This document shows positions 40,827 through 55,330 of a stretch of 64,000 nt of DNA, one piece after another (the stretch's first letter is position 1; every line of letters starts with the position of its first letter). The stretch is taken from positions 62,001 through 126,000 of the forward strand of contig CT868006.1 of the NCBI GenBank assembly GCA_000165425.1, in the 5' to 3' direction. Source of the DNA: Paramecium tetraurelia (lineage: Eukaryota). The position numbers and the translations under genes are program-made. The notes beneath the pieces were generated by a model. That model did not search any database. It was not told the DNA's origin and worked only from the letters and a program-made list of their open reading frames with translations.

Positions 40827-42269
40827 ATGAAAAATTCTTCTAGAATAAAAAACTCTCATCAAAGTAACGATTGCTGGGCTGCCTTGTTTTGTGGAATTAT
40901 AGAAGTACTTATCAAAACTAATTAACATGAATAAATTTCACTCCTTTAACCAGCCATTAGTCAATATTCACTTTCAAGAATCAAAATTTTTAAAACTATT
41001 GAATTAATGAACTAAATTATAAGAAATCCGAATGTTGATCTCTTTTACACTCTAATCAATTAAGAAGAAGCATCTTAGGTAATGAAAATATTCATACAAA
41101 CCAAATACAATATAATCCCTACATCAGTATGTAAAAAAGAAATTCTAGAACTCTTAAGTAATACTTTTAAAATAGATATTATATTTATCACTCAGAATAC
41201 ATCGATATCATTAGCAAACAGTGATAATTTAGAATTGGTTCTAAAAATAGTGTAATAATAATCAGAATTCACGATTGAGGCAGCATAGAAATCAAGAAGC
41301 CGATCATCCTCACTTTTGGATTATGTTTTAGAGATGAAACAACAATGTAATGGATGTTTAAGATAGTTTGAATAAGGAGAACTGTATAAGTCCCTAACTT
41401 GTAATCATACTTATTGTCAACAATGTTTGAAATTTTACTTTAAGCTTGGATAATCATTTATTTGCAAAGATTTCTTCTGTAAATTGGAACTAAGAAGAGA
41501 AGACTTTCCATTCTTATAGTTGTCTCCACTATAGGATATGACTGCTTAATAGAATAGATGTCTTCAATGCAAAGAATCTATCAACTAATTGTACACTAAT
41601 AGGTGTGGACATACACATTGTGAATAATGCATTAGGGATCAATTGAATAAATCCAAATACTATCAATCCAACTTTTGCTTAGAACCATCATGTACTGAAT
41701 TGTTGGCTAATGAAATAATCAATAATCAATCCAAAGACAATGATATTCAAACTGTTCTGTCAAGGAACAATTCAACAACTTAAAAGTTTACAGAATTTTG
41801 TTATTTTTGTTAATGTGAATAAGAGAAAGGTGTGAAAGGAGAGTGTGGACATTACTTTTGTAAGGCTTGTCTGGATTCCAAATATTAATATATTATTACC
41901 TATGGTTTACACAGGATTATTGATTGTCCATAATGTTCTACTAAATTCAACATTGAGAAGTCTTTGGATGAATATTACAACGCATTGGCATATCCCTAAC
42001 CTCCTAGATTAAAAAGGATGAGGTCGAGTTCAGAATAATAAATAGAATCTTAATAGTAGTTTTTCTAGCAGAAGCCCTCCTTTGAAAGTCAGTAGAAAAC
42101 TAGGGTACCCTCTTCATGTTTACCCTTAAATGGCTCGAGACATCAAGTGCCATATGTAGTTTCGAGTGGAATTTCAACTCCAAAAAGGGTTGTTACTTCT
42201 TCAAATAGAGCCAGTCGCAATCTTCCTCAATAAGCCCAATATTTTTAGAGAAGCCCATAATTCTTTTGA
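40827..42269 (+). CDS. Protein with three tandem RING-HC-like fingers
   Basis: CNGC..CNHTYCQQC..C; CLQC..CGHTHCEQC..C; CYFC..CGHYFCKAC..CPQC. Confidence 0.8.
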
Positions 42270-42319
42270 TTTCTATAAATTGTATTTAGATATATTTTAA
42301 ATTAATTTCATTTTTTAAT

Positions 42320-43164
42320 ATGAAGAAGGAATAAGATGATTAGGAAAGATAGCCAATACTTATTGAGAAGGACAATCAATATTTCGATTGGGAGTCGTTC
42401 AAGAAATAATACTATCAATAAGAGAATGTGTTACAGACTACTTTGAAATCATTAAATGAATTGCATAGTGAAATTTCAAGAAAATTAATTTAATTAGAGT
42501 ATGCAATATTTGTAGCATCATAGTAAATCAGATCCAATTTGCGAAGAAGATGAATAAGAGAATCGAAAATAATTTCAATCTATAGATGTTAGAAAGTATT
42601 AAGATTAATTCGATGATCTAAATTTGACAATGAGTACAATGTCTCGGATGCTTAATCAATATGCAATCAGTCCAGAAGAAGTCTAAGCCAAGTTGAAGAA
42701 TAACATGCTAAGAAGATTCAAAGAAATTCACTAAGAACACGAGAAAGAAGTTTTAAAATTGAAAGTACTACTTGAAAGCATAAATAGTAAGCAATCAAAA
42801 CAAACACTTAAAAATATGAGCTATTCAAGGAAGCAATCAAAAACCAAAGTACAACAGGGAATTAAAAATATAAAAGAGATTATCAACTTAATGATTTTCT
42901 ATCGAGAGGAGTGAATCAAGCATCTCATGTCCTCGATATGGCCTCAACAATTCATTCAAGTCTAGAAGATCAAGGTTACAGGGTATCCTCAATCCAGAAT
43001 AAAGTCACTGATTACATGGGTACGTAATCTTTCTATGCATAGGCTAATTTGAAGGAATCAACTCATTGATTAATGGTATACGCTATCATAAAAATAAGGG
43101 TTAATTAATAATGATGGGTTTAATTTCATTCTTAGTTGTGATAATTTTATTTAAATTGATGTGA
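42320..43164 (+). CDS. GOSR1: Golgi Qb-SNARE, GOS28/GOSR1-like
   Basis: DWESFKKQYYQQEN, LRRFKEI, and C-terminal QFEGINSLINGIRYHKNK followed by TM LIMMGLISFLVVIILF; 2 introns. Confidence 0.8.
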
Positions 43165-43748
43165 TATAATTATCTATTACAATTGTAAAGAAGTAACAGT
43201 ATCTACAATATTAGAAATTTAAATTATATAATTCTAAAATATACCCTATATCTCAATTATACAATTTATTACTCATCACTGAATATTTTGACTTAATGTT
43301 ATTTTTCTATAATTTATTCAGATCTTTTGAGAATGAATATTTTATGTTCTATCACAAAGAGATTATCTCTCTATCCACTTTGTAACACATCCTATTATGT
43401 GTCAATCACTATTAAATACTAAGGTCTTATATAATCATAGATACATTAATTTTAATAGTAAAACTGTTTGAATACTTTGTAACACATACAATATCTTTTA
43501 ATTAATTTTAAATTCTTATTTTTATATCTTATTTCCAGTTATTTATGATTTTTTGTATAATCTTAATAGAATTTAAAAACAATCTAAGATCTAGAAAAAA
43601 CGAAGAATATTTAGAAAGCATAATCTTCATTTGAGTGAATTTCCTAATAAGAGATTGTTTATATTAGATTGGCAATTTCTTTTAATTTAATTAAGATTGG
43701 GGAACAATAAATGAAATATTTAACTAGGATTTAATAATATAAATAACT

Positions 43749-44314
43749 ATGAGTAATAAAATTAGAAGTCATAATATAAATGACTATTATCATGATAGAT
43801 TGGATCAATCTTTTAATAATGTGAATATCACTTTCATGAACACTCTTCGGGGTCCAATCTAAATCAATGATCTAAACAAAACAGTTCATGACATTCCAAG
43901 TTGTTTTGGCAGAAAAACTCTTTCAACTGAAAAAAGTCATACCACTAAGGATGTAGAAAAGATAGCAAATATTTCTATGGTATTATGTTAATCGAAATAG
44001 AGTATGAACACTTGATACGCAATAGAATTGGGGTTAAACCACTTTTAGGTTCTGTAATTTTCGAAACTTCTCTAAGAAATACCAAGAAGCGATCAATCTC
44101 ATAAGTTTAAGAGTCTAAGCCACTAAAGTAAATCAACAAAAGAAAAACCACATTACCAAAAGTAATGAAGGATCCTTTTATTGAAATTTAAGAAAAAAAC
44201 ATCAATACATATCTACATTGTCTCAAAGAGGAAGGATAGGGAACAATTAAATCAGCTTAAGTAGAATGGGTAACTTCATTAAAATCAGAAAAAAAAAAGA
44301 GAAAAAAAAAATGA
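43749..44314 (+). CDS. Hypothetical basic protein
   Basis: Code-6 frame with one 23-nt intron (43980-44002); ends ..EWVTSLKSEKKKRKKK*. Confidence 0.65.
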
Positions 44315-45054
44315 ATACTAATGTTAAGATTATCTATATATATACATATAATTTATTGACCATTTTATTTTCATATTGTATTAGATAATTATTAAATTTA
44401 TAATTATTATATGTTTAAATATGTATCATTCTTATTTACAGCAAAAGAAGATAGGGTTAATGCTTAGACATTCCAACCGTATTTATTGAGTGAATCAAAT
44501 GTATAATTAACTAATCTTATATATCAAACAAGCAAATAAATTTAAATATTATGAATAATTTTAAGTTTAGTGTTAGTAATTGAATAAAAAATGCATTAAT
44601 TATAAGAATTTGATGTTAATATCTTCTTCTAGTTCAATAAAATTTTATTTGCATAGTATTAACGATAGTTTAAATTCAATATTAATTAAAGATATTATTT
44701 TCATCATTTTAACGCTTAATCATTGATCAAATTAAGTTTTTCAAAATCTGCCTTTATTTTAATGTAAACATTCTTGAAAATTCCAAGAAATCTTTCATGT
44801 AATGTATATGTTGCATGGCATTTAAAAATTTATACATCAGAAATTATAGTTCCTAGTTTAAATGTGTAAATATAAAATCAAATTATGACTTGAGTTTATG
44901 AAAATCATTGTCACTTATTTTAGATATTTTAATAAAATGCATCTGAATAGAAAAAAATTATGAAATTAACAATAATTACAAGATATTAATACTATCAAAA
45001 GTACTACAAAAATTAATATACAATATTTTTAGTTAAATTTATTAATTATTACTC

Positions 45055-48000
45055 TCATTTTGCTTCACAATATTCTTGTGTATTAAATTTATTTGCTTAT
45101 TAATTTAAATTTCTTGGTTTTATCCTCTTTCCAAATCTCTATACTTTCTTCTATAATTTTTTTAATATTCTTTTTTTTCTTCTCTATATTGTTTGACACT
45201 TACTCCTATTCCTATTCTCCGTCCTCGATAATTTAATATTGTAATCCATATCCTCTTCTTTTTAATAGCATTTTGATTTTAATATAATATTTTACCAAAA
45301 GAAAGTGAAGAAAGATAGCAAAAAAAGCCAAATTGATGATATATAAACTAATTATTGCAGCCTAATTAATGCTACTCCAATTTTAGTTAAATAAAAATGA
45401 TGATAAAATATAAGAAGTGAAACTTACGAAATCTGATATGCTTTCCCATTTATTATTTTACTTGGATGTATAGGGATAGGTTTTTTGAACATTGAAAAAA
45501 TTCTAAATTGTTTTTCTCAAGACAATAATAAAAACCAAAGGTAGCATTGAATACTAAATATAGAATAATTTCTTACTATCTTTTCATTGAAGGATATTAA
45601 AACAAAGATTAACAATTTAATTTATCTGAATATGAATTCATACAATAAAGCTCTTTTTCCATAAAATGAGTACATGATTCCCCAATTTATTAAAACGCGT
45701 GTTTTTTTATATTTTTTTGTTCTATATATGGCAAAATAAAAGTAAATACACACAAGAATAGGTGTTACAGTGATCAAGATTAAAAAAATAATTACAAAAT
45801 TCTATTTCGAATCATAATTGTCCTTAAATAGATAGGATAAATTTGCATAAATGTATTTGGATCCTGAGATGGCCCGATAATACAATAATTAAACTAGTTC
45901 GATTAAAAAGCTTGGCTAAACATAAATAAAAACAAGTATCAGAAAATTTTAAACTGAGAATCTAAATTTATAACATATCAACTTTTTTTTTTTTTGATTA
46001 AACTGCTGAATTATCGAAATCATTAAGGTTAGAAGACATCCGCCAATAACAAAAACAAATGAATATATCAATCTTATGTATAAGTCATCTTCAAGCAAGC
46101 ATTACAGATGCACCTTCAAACTTTATGCTGGCATTGTAATAGAATTAAAAGCAATAAAAAATGACAACAAAGGGTTCTCCATATTTGAGAATTTCATAAT
46201 TGATATAAATTGCATATGGCAGATAATAATTAAAAACACTTAAGGGGTTATTTATTGTTTTTCTACAATATATGAATGACCTAATGTTCTCTTAAAATTC
46301 AAAAGAATATTTCTCTCCTTGCTTACATCTGAAATCCAACCCAAAGAAAGGATTATCAGAAATTAAGTCAAAATCACAAAGCCTGTTTCTACACGAATTG
46401 AAATATTTTCACATGATGAGCAATAGGATTTCCAATCTTTATAATAACTCTATTCCCAAAAAATCATATGGATATCGCATTCCTCACATAAAGCTCCAAT
46501 TGACCCTTCAGTACAAAGCTCATTGCCAACTTAAAGTCCTCCTTTGCACTTTTTTCTCCTGCACGATTCCACTTGATCATTATTAATTTTAGGCCTCCAA
46601 TAGTCCTCAAACAAATATATTTGGAATCCATGTGCTTCCTTCATTGTAATATAGTCTTTTTCCTTACAGGTACTACTATTAAGTTACAATTAATAGAAAT
46701 TCAATGGACATTTAATGCAAATATCACCAAATTCATTATAGTATTCACCTAACCGGCAAAATATTGGTTAAAATTTAACAATTAATTGTAAATTCATCTA
46801 TTTATATTTTACAAATGTATAAGGGTAATCATCTATATAAATTGGTTATTTAATGTGACTGCTAGTAAAAGTGAGATTCCTTATTTTATTAAGGTTTGGA
46901 TTCTAACAAATTGTCAACTTTGACAAATCAAATCCTTGAAGTTCATTGTTAAAACTTCTGGTTTTATTAGTACTAGTTGAAGAAATTTCGCAACTATTGT
47001 TACTTGCTTATTCATTTTAAGTATCTGTATAAATGTTGAGACTTGAATAAATTTAGTGTTTAACTATATGTTAATCCTAATCTAGGAAATGGATCTAGAT
47101 AATTTAATTTTGATAAGTATCTAAAGTATACCCACTCTAAAATAATATGGGAGTTGGAATTTAATATAGAGTTCCATTAATATATAAGGCCAGGTTTTAG
47201 GGAAATTAATTAATATTGTTCCCAAATAAAGTGGCCACATTTCTTCCGATCTAACTGCCAGTTTTGGCCACATCGTTGATATCAACTCCTTAAAGTGCTA
47301 TACATCCCCCTATTGAAGCTCTATTGTCATAGCAACTAATATTAGCAACGTTGATTCGCTATTAGAAACCAGATTCAAAGTAAATGAATCCTCCTTTGCC
47401 TAAGGCTTCATTCTGAGTACAATATGAATTAGTAATATTAGTCGTCAATTCGTATATTGATATTCCACATCCATGGAAACAAGTATTATTTTCTGTAAAT
47501 AATGATAACACAAAAACATGAGATTTATAGGTGGGATTAGGAATGACATATTAAAAATTTTATTCTGTTTCCAAAAGTCTCTAACTTTATTCTTGGATCG
47601 AAAATAAATCTTCCGATGGAACTATGCCTGTGTAATTGATGATTGCTTCTCTAGTCAAATTGGTTTGTATTTTAAGATTATGAATTTAATCTTGAGCAGT
47701 CTACATTTTGATGTGAGGTTCACATGATATTGCAAAACAACCATAATAAGCTGTAAGTGTATCTGTGCATCTACATTGATCTATGAAAACTGACTGGACT
47801 AATAGGCGATTATAGACTCTGGTAATCTAAACTAGACCGTCGATACATTCTGTACAGTGTATTTTATTGATTAAGACTCCTCTCAGAGTCAAAAATGTGG
47901 ACGGCATTATACTATCGATTTTCATCAAAGAAGGTTAAATCTTAATTTGAGGGAAATCTGCTCTGACCTAGAGTATCTTACAAGTCATACTAAGTTTTTG

Positions 48001-51000
48001 AGTGTTACATTTCACACTTTCTAAACTAATTGATGTGATGTTAGCAAATTTTATTTCTTCGATATGAACAGGATTTAAGATTGGTTCTATTATCTCTATC
48101 AATGGATTATATGTTAATATGTAATTTTGAACAATAATTGATTACAATTTAATAAGTGACGAATATTTTACTGATAATAACCCCTAATATTGTAAATCTT
48201 ATGAATTGACATTAATTAAAATTATTTCTCCAAAGTCTTATTCAATAGCTGAAGTTCTAATTAAAAATATGTATTTCTCAATTTGCTTTAGTAATCCCAA
48301 AGAATCAAAAAACTCTTCTTGTCTAGATTGAATGGCTTGGATATAGATATTCTCCATTCTTGTTTATTGGGTTTGCTTTTAATTTTTGTCATAGATAACT
48401 TTAAAGATGGCTCCACTTAAAGCGAAGCAATTTGAAAAAGTAGTTTCTTATATCAAAATTTATTGTTAAGATTAAAAGCTTAGTACATAAATAGCACCTC
48501 CTTCTTGTCTTGAAAAGCAATCTTCAAAGTTGGTGTCGATAATAGTCATATTTAATTTTGACTCCTTAGAGTCAATATATAAGCAACCTCCTTTTGAACC
48601 AATAGTACTATCTAATTAAGTAGAGGAGGCTTAAATTAAAGTGTTCTTTATTAATATCTGACCTTCTTTCAAAGATTTTATGAAAATGCTTCCTCCAAAT
48701 TTTGCAGTCGAATTAAAGAAGGTGCAATTGTCCACTGTAGTCTAAAAGGATACTATTTTAAGATGTCCCCCTTCATTTTGTTAGTCACCAAATAGCACTC
48801 CTCTAGAGTATGGATCATTATTATTAAACATTGATACATTTCTAATAGTCGAAATGCCTGATTCTAAATGCAAGACAGCTCCTGATCCTTGGGCTGAATT
48901 GTATCCCCATTTACTATTTGTAAGTAGCAGGTTACCCAAACTACTTTACATGATCAATGTTGGATTGCTGGGAGTCAAACTACCTTGTATTAATAAAAAA
49001 TGTTTATTTTATTAAAATTGCATTTGGGTTAATTACACGTTTTGTTTTTAATTAGATTAAATTATTATGGCAGATGATGGGATACTAGGTTGTGTAGTTG
49101 ATACTGTGCAATATTTTACTATGATTTATTCAAGAGAGATGCTTTCTACTGAATTTAAAGTTGACGTATTGTATATCAGATTATTCCACGATGATATTCC
49201 TATGAATGAAGCATCTTATGCATGCAGATTCAGCAATTCAATATTTTTTATCTTAACAGATTTGTACAGATTATTAACAAATAGGCAATAATTATTTCTA
49301 ATTTATAGGTTTTGTATTTGATGGCAACGGATGTCATAAAAGTAACTATTCCAAACCATATCAACATAGAGAATTGATAAATTAGAATTCTCTTTGCTTA
49401 TAAAATCTTACACATATACAATATAGCTCTTTTCAATTTTAATAGCAGCACTTGTTGCAGCATTCAAAATTTTGAGATCGAATCCTTCTGTTTGAATTTA
49501 ATTGATTTCAATATTCTTCATAGTGATATTGACAGGGATATCATAATCATTTTTTATGGCTGATATTAAAATCAAACACTGTGGAGTTAAGCAGATTACT
49601 TTTTCAAAGGTTATCTCTTCTAATACCAATTTCAACCTCTGATGATTAGGCTTTGAAATTTTTGACAATTCATGTTAAGTCTACAGCATCCTTCCTTTTG
49701 AAGTAAACTAGGTATTATAAACATAACATTTAGCCATTTAAATAGTAGTTATATGGAATAAGAAAGTGTGATTGACAAATGAATTTACAAGTGTAAAGTT
49801 AATTACATAGATTTGTTGCATGTTATTGAAATTAATGATACCTCTAGAATGATTGAATTTCGTGTTATTTACAAATAGGTTATTAATCCTTATTAATCCA
49901 TTTAAGGTGTCATTAAATTTTGGACTTATAAAGCCTGCCCCATTTAGAAAATAAACATCATTAAAGCTGACTTATTAGACGAGAACCTGAAAATTAATTT
50001 ATGATTATTGTGTTAAATTAATAAATTCTAAATCAAATAGAGCTTGATCTTCTATTCCCAAATCAGAGAACATCACATCATCAATATTCAAGTGAAAATA
50101 TGGCAAAGGTATATTTGGTTCATAATTAAATCCAAATAGGTTAAATGTAAAATTTGTATCCTTCAAGTGCAAGTAATTTAAAGATTGAATCATAACTTGG
50201 TTTAATTGTAGATCATACACATTTGTAAAAATAAAATAAAATGGCGTGTATTTTTTATTTAAGAGTGACATCTGACTGTAAGGCGTTGTATACAATTTTG
50301 GGTTCAAATAATGTGTGTATGCAGCTTAATTTATAATTTATACTCTTTCTAACCTTACAATGAGACCATCATTCTTAATGAATTACAAACTAAATGGTTT
50401 TTGCAGTTTTTTAATATAAGGATACAAATCACAATCCACAGCTGGCATCATATTGATTCCAGATATTGTAACTTTCGAAAAATATTCAAAATAAATGTTA
50501 TTTTACAAATACCAATTGATAGCATTATCATTTTCTACCTTGATGTTTAATTCAATTGATTCAGCTGAAAATACCATTTTCTTAAGATCAGTAGAAAAGT
50601 ATGTATCCTTTTAAAAAAAACAGGAAGGATTGGATGAACTAAAAATGAGATTAATACTGATTTTATAAACAGCTCTAATATTTAAATCCTCGTAAAATTT
50701 TGTGATGTTACTTATGTAATCTTGAGTATTACTAAGAGATGCTTTATTTTCAAGGATTATGGTTACATTTTTAGATAGAGGTTTCTAGAATTAATTATTA
50801 GTTGACTAACCATTATTTTATTCTTAAAATAGAGTATTAATTTGCCATACTTTATCATTATTTATTTGTTATTCTTCTGAACAATCTGCTCTTACATCAA
50901 TACTGATCTCTCTGTTTTTTTTTTATTCGCTAAGACATCTACAAATTTTAGTTTCCATTTAATCTAGACCAATAGTGCACTTAAAGGATAAAGTGGAATA

Positions 51001-53062
51001 TATTTTTAATTCATTAGAAGGTTCATAGAACCTATTCTACCTTTCGATTTCCTCCTCTGTCCTTTCTCTACATCCAATAGTATTATTAGGACAGTCAATA
51101 CAGTTGTTTCCATCACTAGATGAACTTCTCGAATTTTTATTGAGACATTAATCACAAAACCCTTTTTCACCTCTGGCTAAAAATGTTTCGCATTTATCTC
51201 CTCCTTTTTCACACTTTCGCAGATCTTCATTCAAAAAATGACCTCTCCCTTTCACATCATCATCATCAGGTATGCATTAATAACAAAATGGACCAAGGAC
51301 AGTATTACTTTGAGAATCTTAGTAGTACTAAGCACTAAAGCACTCTGGATGATGAACAATATTTAAGGTTAAAGTGTAACATTTCATGCAATAACCATCT
51401 AGAGAACAAGGCTTACATTTGTTAGTTAAAGTATCGACATAATAGCCAACCTTACAAATTTAACACCGATATTAGTCTCCTTATTAGACGCAAGATTCAC
51501 ATTAAGAATCCTATAACATTTAGTCACAACCAGTCACACAATACCAGATTTACGATTTAGAATCGAATGATAGAATATAACCCTATTAACATTTTCTACA
51601 ATGTTTTAAATCATAAGATCTTTCAAATGTCAAACATCCTGGCCCTGGATAATTCTGACTATCAAAAATCAAACATATTCCAGTTTCAGTTAAATAAAAC
51701 CCATCTTTACAAAGAACACACTTCTCAATAAATATATCTATATATGTAGATATAGATATATATACCTTCCTAAGGTTAAACTTCAAAATTGATTGAGAGA
51801 GTTGAAAATGGTACTTTGCTTTAACTCTAGCTCTCAGTTTTATGGCATAATACACAATCATTTATCTTGCAATCGGAACAACTAGTCCCTATTGCATTAA
51901 ACATTTAATTGTAAACTAGACACTCTCTACATCTTAACACATATTGAGATTCTAACAATTCTTGGGTTTCTTTCTCATTTTATGGTTCAATTATTTGTTT
52001 TCTATTTTTGGAAGGGTTAATGAGTTCCTTATTCGATAACCAATATGAATAATATTCACAACGTATGCATTGGATACCACATTGCACACATGATCTTCTA
52101 TTCAAAGAAGGTATAAACTTTATTTGAGTTAGACTTTGGCATTGTTCACATCTCTAAGCTATTTAAAAAGCAATGTATAAATTTTCAAAGTATTATGTTT
52201 AATTTTCTAAAAAGTCCTTTAATAATAAACCTTCTTTTTTATTATATGCATCCCAAGAGTCGACATTCAAATCTATACCATTCTTACCGAAATAGCAAGT
52301 CTTGCATTATTCAAAACATGGGATGCAAAATACCTTAGTAGTTTTTGAATTCGCTGATTCTCTCAATATTAACTTACTAAATCCTTGGTTGCAAATCAAA
52401 CATGTGTTTTAGTCACACGATAAACAATTCTATGGACACGATATACATAATTATCTTAGTTCATCAAATTCATAACCTTCCTTACAACTTACATACATAT
52501 AATTAATGTCATTTTAGTATTCTTTTGGTACTAAAAAACATTTCTATGATTTTTCCTTACAAAAGTGATCACACCCATTGCAAATTATTGTAGAATACTA
52601 TACTATCTGTTATTTACATTTATACTTTTCCTGGCTCAGATTCTACTACATAAAACAATTCTGCAGAAGATCTCTCCTTCTGATGATAAACTGAGTTGAT
52701 TGTTGAATAAGTTAAGTAGTCGTAACTGCACACTCTATTAACATTCCTATGTAATCATAAATCGTTACCAAGTTCGACTATTATCAAGGCAATCACCACA
52801 ATATAAATTTTCTTCATTCTCCATAAATGACTAGAATGGACTAACACGGTAATATACAATATTACCATTCCACACAAATTCGAGATCTTTCATTCAAAAT
52901 TTCATCATTATCCTAAGGTAATTAGAAAACAAAATGATGAGCCTTGCAATAAGTGCATTCAGCATCCATACACTAAGTTTATGAGGTTTATGATGAGTCA
53001 GTTTCTGCAATCACCTTATACCATAATTGAAATATCAAAACAACAATTAAGTATATTTACAT
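45055..53062 (-). CDS. Giant (~2600 aa) surface protein: signal peptide, furin-like Cys repeats, pectin-lyase-like GG.I/L repeats, multi-TM C-terminus
   Basis: MQIYLIVVLIFQLWYKVIA signal peptide; CxxC..GY repeats; FGGSIF, KGGCLYI, EGGAIY, KGGFIYF, IGGCIAL; C..C..GEY, GHIGALCEECDIYD, then hydrophobic helices. Confidence 0.85.
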
Positions 53063-53950
53063 TAAAATTAAAAATAAGCTACATAAAATCTATTGATCAA
53101 TTTGATTTATTCTACAATATCACGAACAATTTAATAAATTTGACCTTGAGCTATTATGAATCTGCCACTTATGATCATTTTATTTATACAAATCAATCCT
53201 AAAAATAATAAATTCTCATGCAATAAATTGTCTATTAATACTTTAAAACAAAGCATTCTTAAACATAAAACTATAGCCAATAATATTAATGAGTGTACAT
53301 AATATCAAGACCAGAAATTATTTATAATATCCAAACCCATATAAAGATCCTATTTGAATAAATAGATATTCAGCTAATAAATCATTAATATAAATGCTAA
53401 ATTCTCATAGACTTGAGAATTGTCTGATTAAAATTATACACTTAAGCCTAATCAAGCCAGTTAAAAAGGATGAGCGATATAAAGTAATGCTCAAACATTT
53501 ATTCATAAGATACAATAACAACACAACTGAATGTTTATGCATCTTGAGTATATTAGACAATGATTCAAAATAGATTAAGAATATGATAAATTTACCTACA
53601 AATTTCTGATACTAGGTTACTTAAAAAAGATATGTTATCAATTTTTATTTTTTAATGATTATCCAAAGTTAAATTAATTAACATTAAATATCAGTTTTGC
53701 GATCTTGAAAAACATGATGATATTTAAATAAAACTGAACTAATCTTATATCATTAACTTGATTATAAGTAAAGAAAGAACGTTTAAAATTTATCCCAAAA
53801 ATAAAAGTCAATTTAAATTTCAATGAAGAACTATGATATATTATTATGCAATGGATGTATGGGCTATTTTCCATTGATGTAAATGAAAGCAAAATATTCA
53901 TAAATTAAATTTAGATGATAATAATCTCAAATTTCAATTTAAATATTGAA

Positions 53951-55152
53951 TCATTAGCTTAACCTCTTTTGCTTTTCTAAAAATTCATCAATATTTTGGA
54001 TTAAGGATTTAAAATGCAAGACGACTGTCTTTGCACCTTAAAGATCTAATTGATTGGCTTCTTTAGTTCTAAAAAAACACGGGGCGAACACTATTGATAA
54101 GTTATGTAGGCCCATCTAAATATTATTTAAATAGATACCTTATTTTCATTTTCAAATCCTGCAACAAATTTTATGAATTCTGCTAATCTGAATACGGTTA
54201 ATCTGTTCACTTTGGATAAATGAGCAAAAAATATGCTAAACATATCAATAAATTCATTTGATGGTATTTCAGGACTGGTTTCTCTTAGAATTGCATAGAT
54301 TTCAAATGGGAAGATAGGATTTTTCAAATTCACTAACGTGTTTTTTAACACTGTTGCTATTACATCAGGTTCTGAATTGTAAATAGCTTCATAATTTTCT
54401 GATAATAGTTGTTCTATTAATTTTGTTTCTAACTCATGTGAACCTGACAATCGAAATATTCCTTCTTAACGTAAGCAATCTATATTTTATGAATAATATT
54501 TTAATATCTCCTCAAGAAATATGGGAAGACCAGACTTTCCAATTGGATAGGTCTCCAAATCTCTGCCATAAAATGGTTATAATTCTTGATACTCGATTTA
54601 ATTGCATAAGAACTTTTAGACTGACTAATGCAATTCAATTTCCAAGGTATTCAGAAAGGAAGTACTTGATTAATAAAATAGACATAATACTTGATTAATA
54701 AATGTAATTTATCTTTGAGTAGGCCTTTGAGTTAGAAAGGTATTGTTTTTTCCTTCTTTCCGTAATTTTAATTATTGCTAATAACAATTAACTTGTCAAT
54801 TCTCTTCAATTGCGATTAATCCACCTTTCTCTTAAATAGTGATAAAGATTACTTTATAGTTTGTTTTATCAGAGCCTTAACACTTTTCGCATCCATTAAT
54901 CCTTCATCTTAGGAACATATAATTAAGACAAAGCCTCTATGATTAAATCCATATTATACTTAAAAGGTCTGAATTGTTGTAAATAGGATTAAAACTTCTT
55001 CGCTATTTCTTCGTAATTTTTATTTTGAGCAATCAAATTATATAACAAAACATAAACGGGTTGCTGGTTTTTATCGATGCCTTAAGTATACTTGAATCGA
55101 AAATACCTGCTTTTAGTAATCCTTAAATTTCGTATGATTTACCCTAATTCAT
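53951..55152 (-). CDS. RhoGAP protein with N-terminal CRAL-TRIO/BCH-like region (ARHGAP1-like)
   Basis: FYGRDLE, LPIFLEE, EGIFRLSG, IATVLK..L.NPIFPF, ENKMGLHNLSIVFAPCF. Confidence 0.85.
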
Positions 55153-55330
55153 TTATAACAAAATTTATAAATATAGTTTTCTCTTTTCGTAGTTTAATAA
55201 TGACCACCAGAATAATTAATGATTATTATATTCTTATATGAATAAATTAGAAATCTCTACATACTTATAATAACTCTACTTTGATATAGAATACCATTTT
55301 TATAAACATATATTTATTATTATGAATTTA

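Noticed and set aside
43377..43487. 14-nt direct repeat ACTTTGTAACACAT
   Set aside because: Only two copies in AT-rich DNA, with no array or element structure
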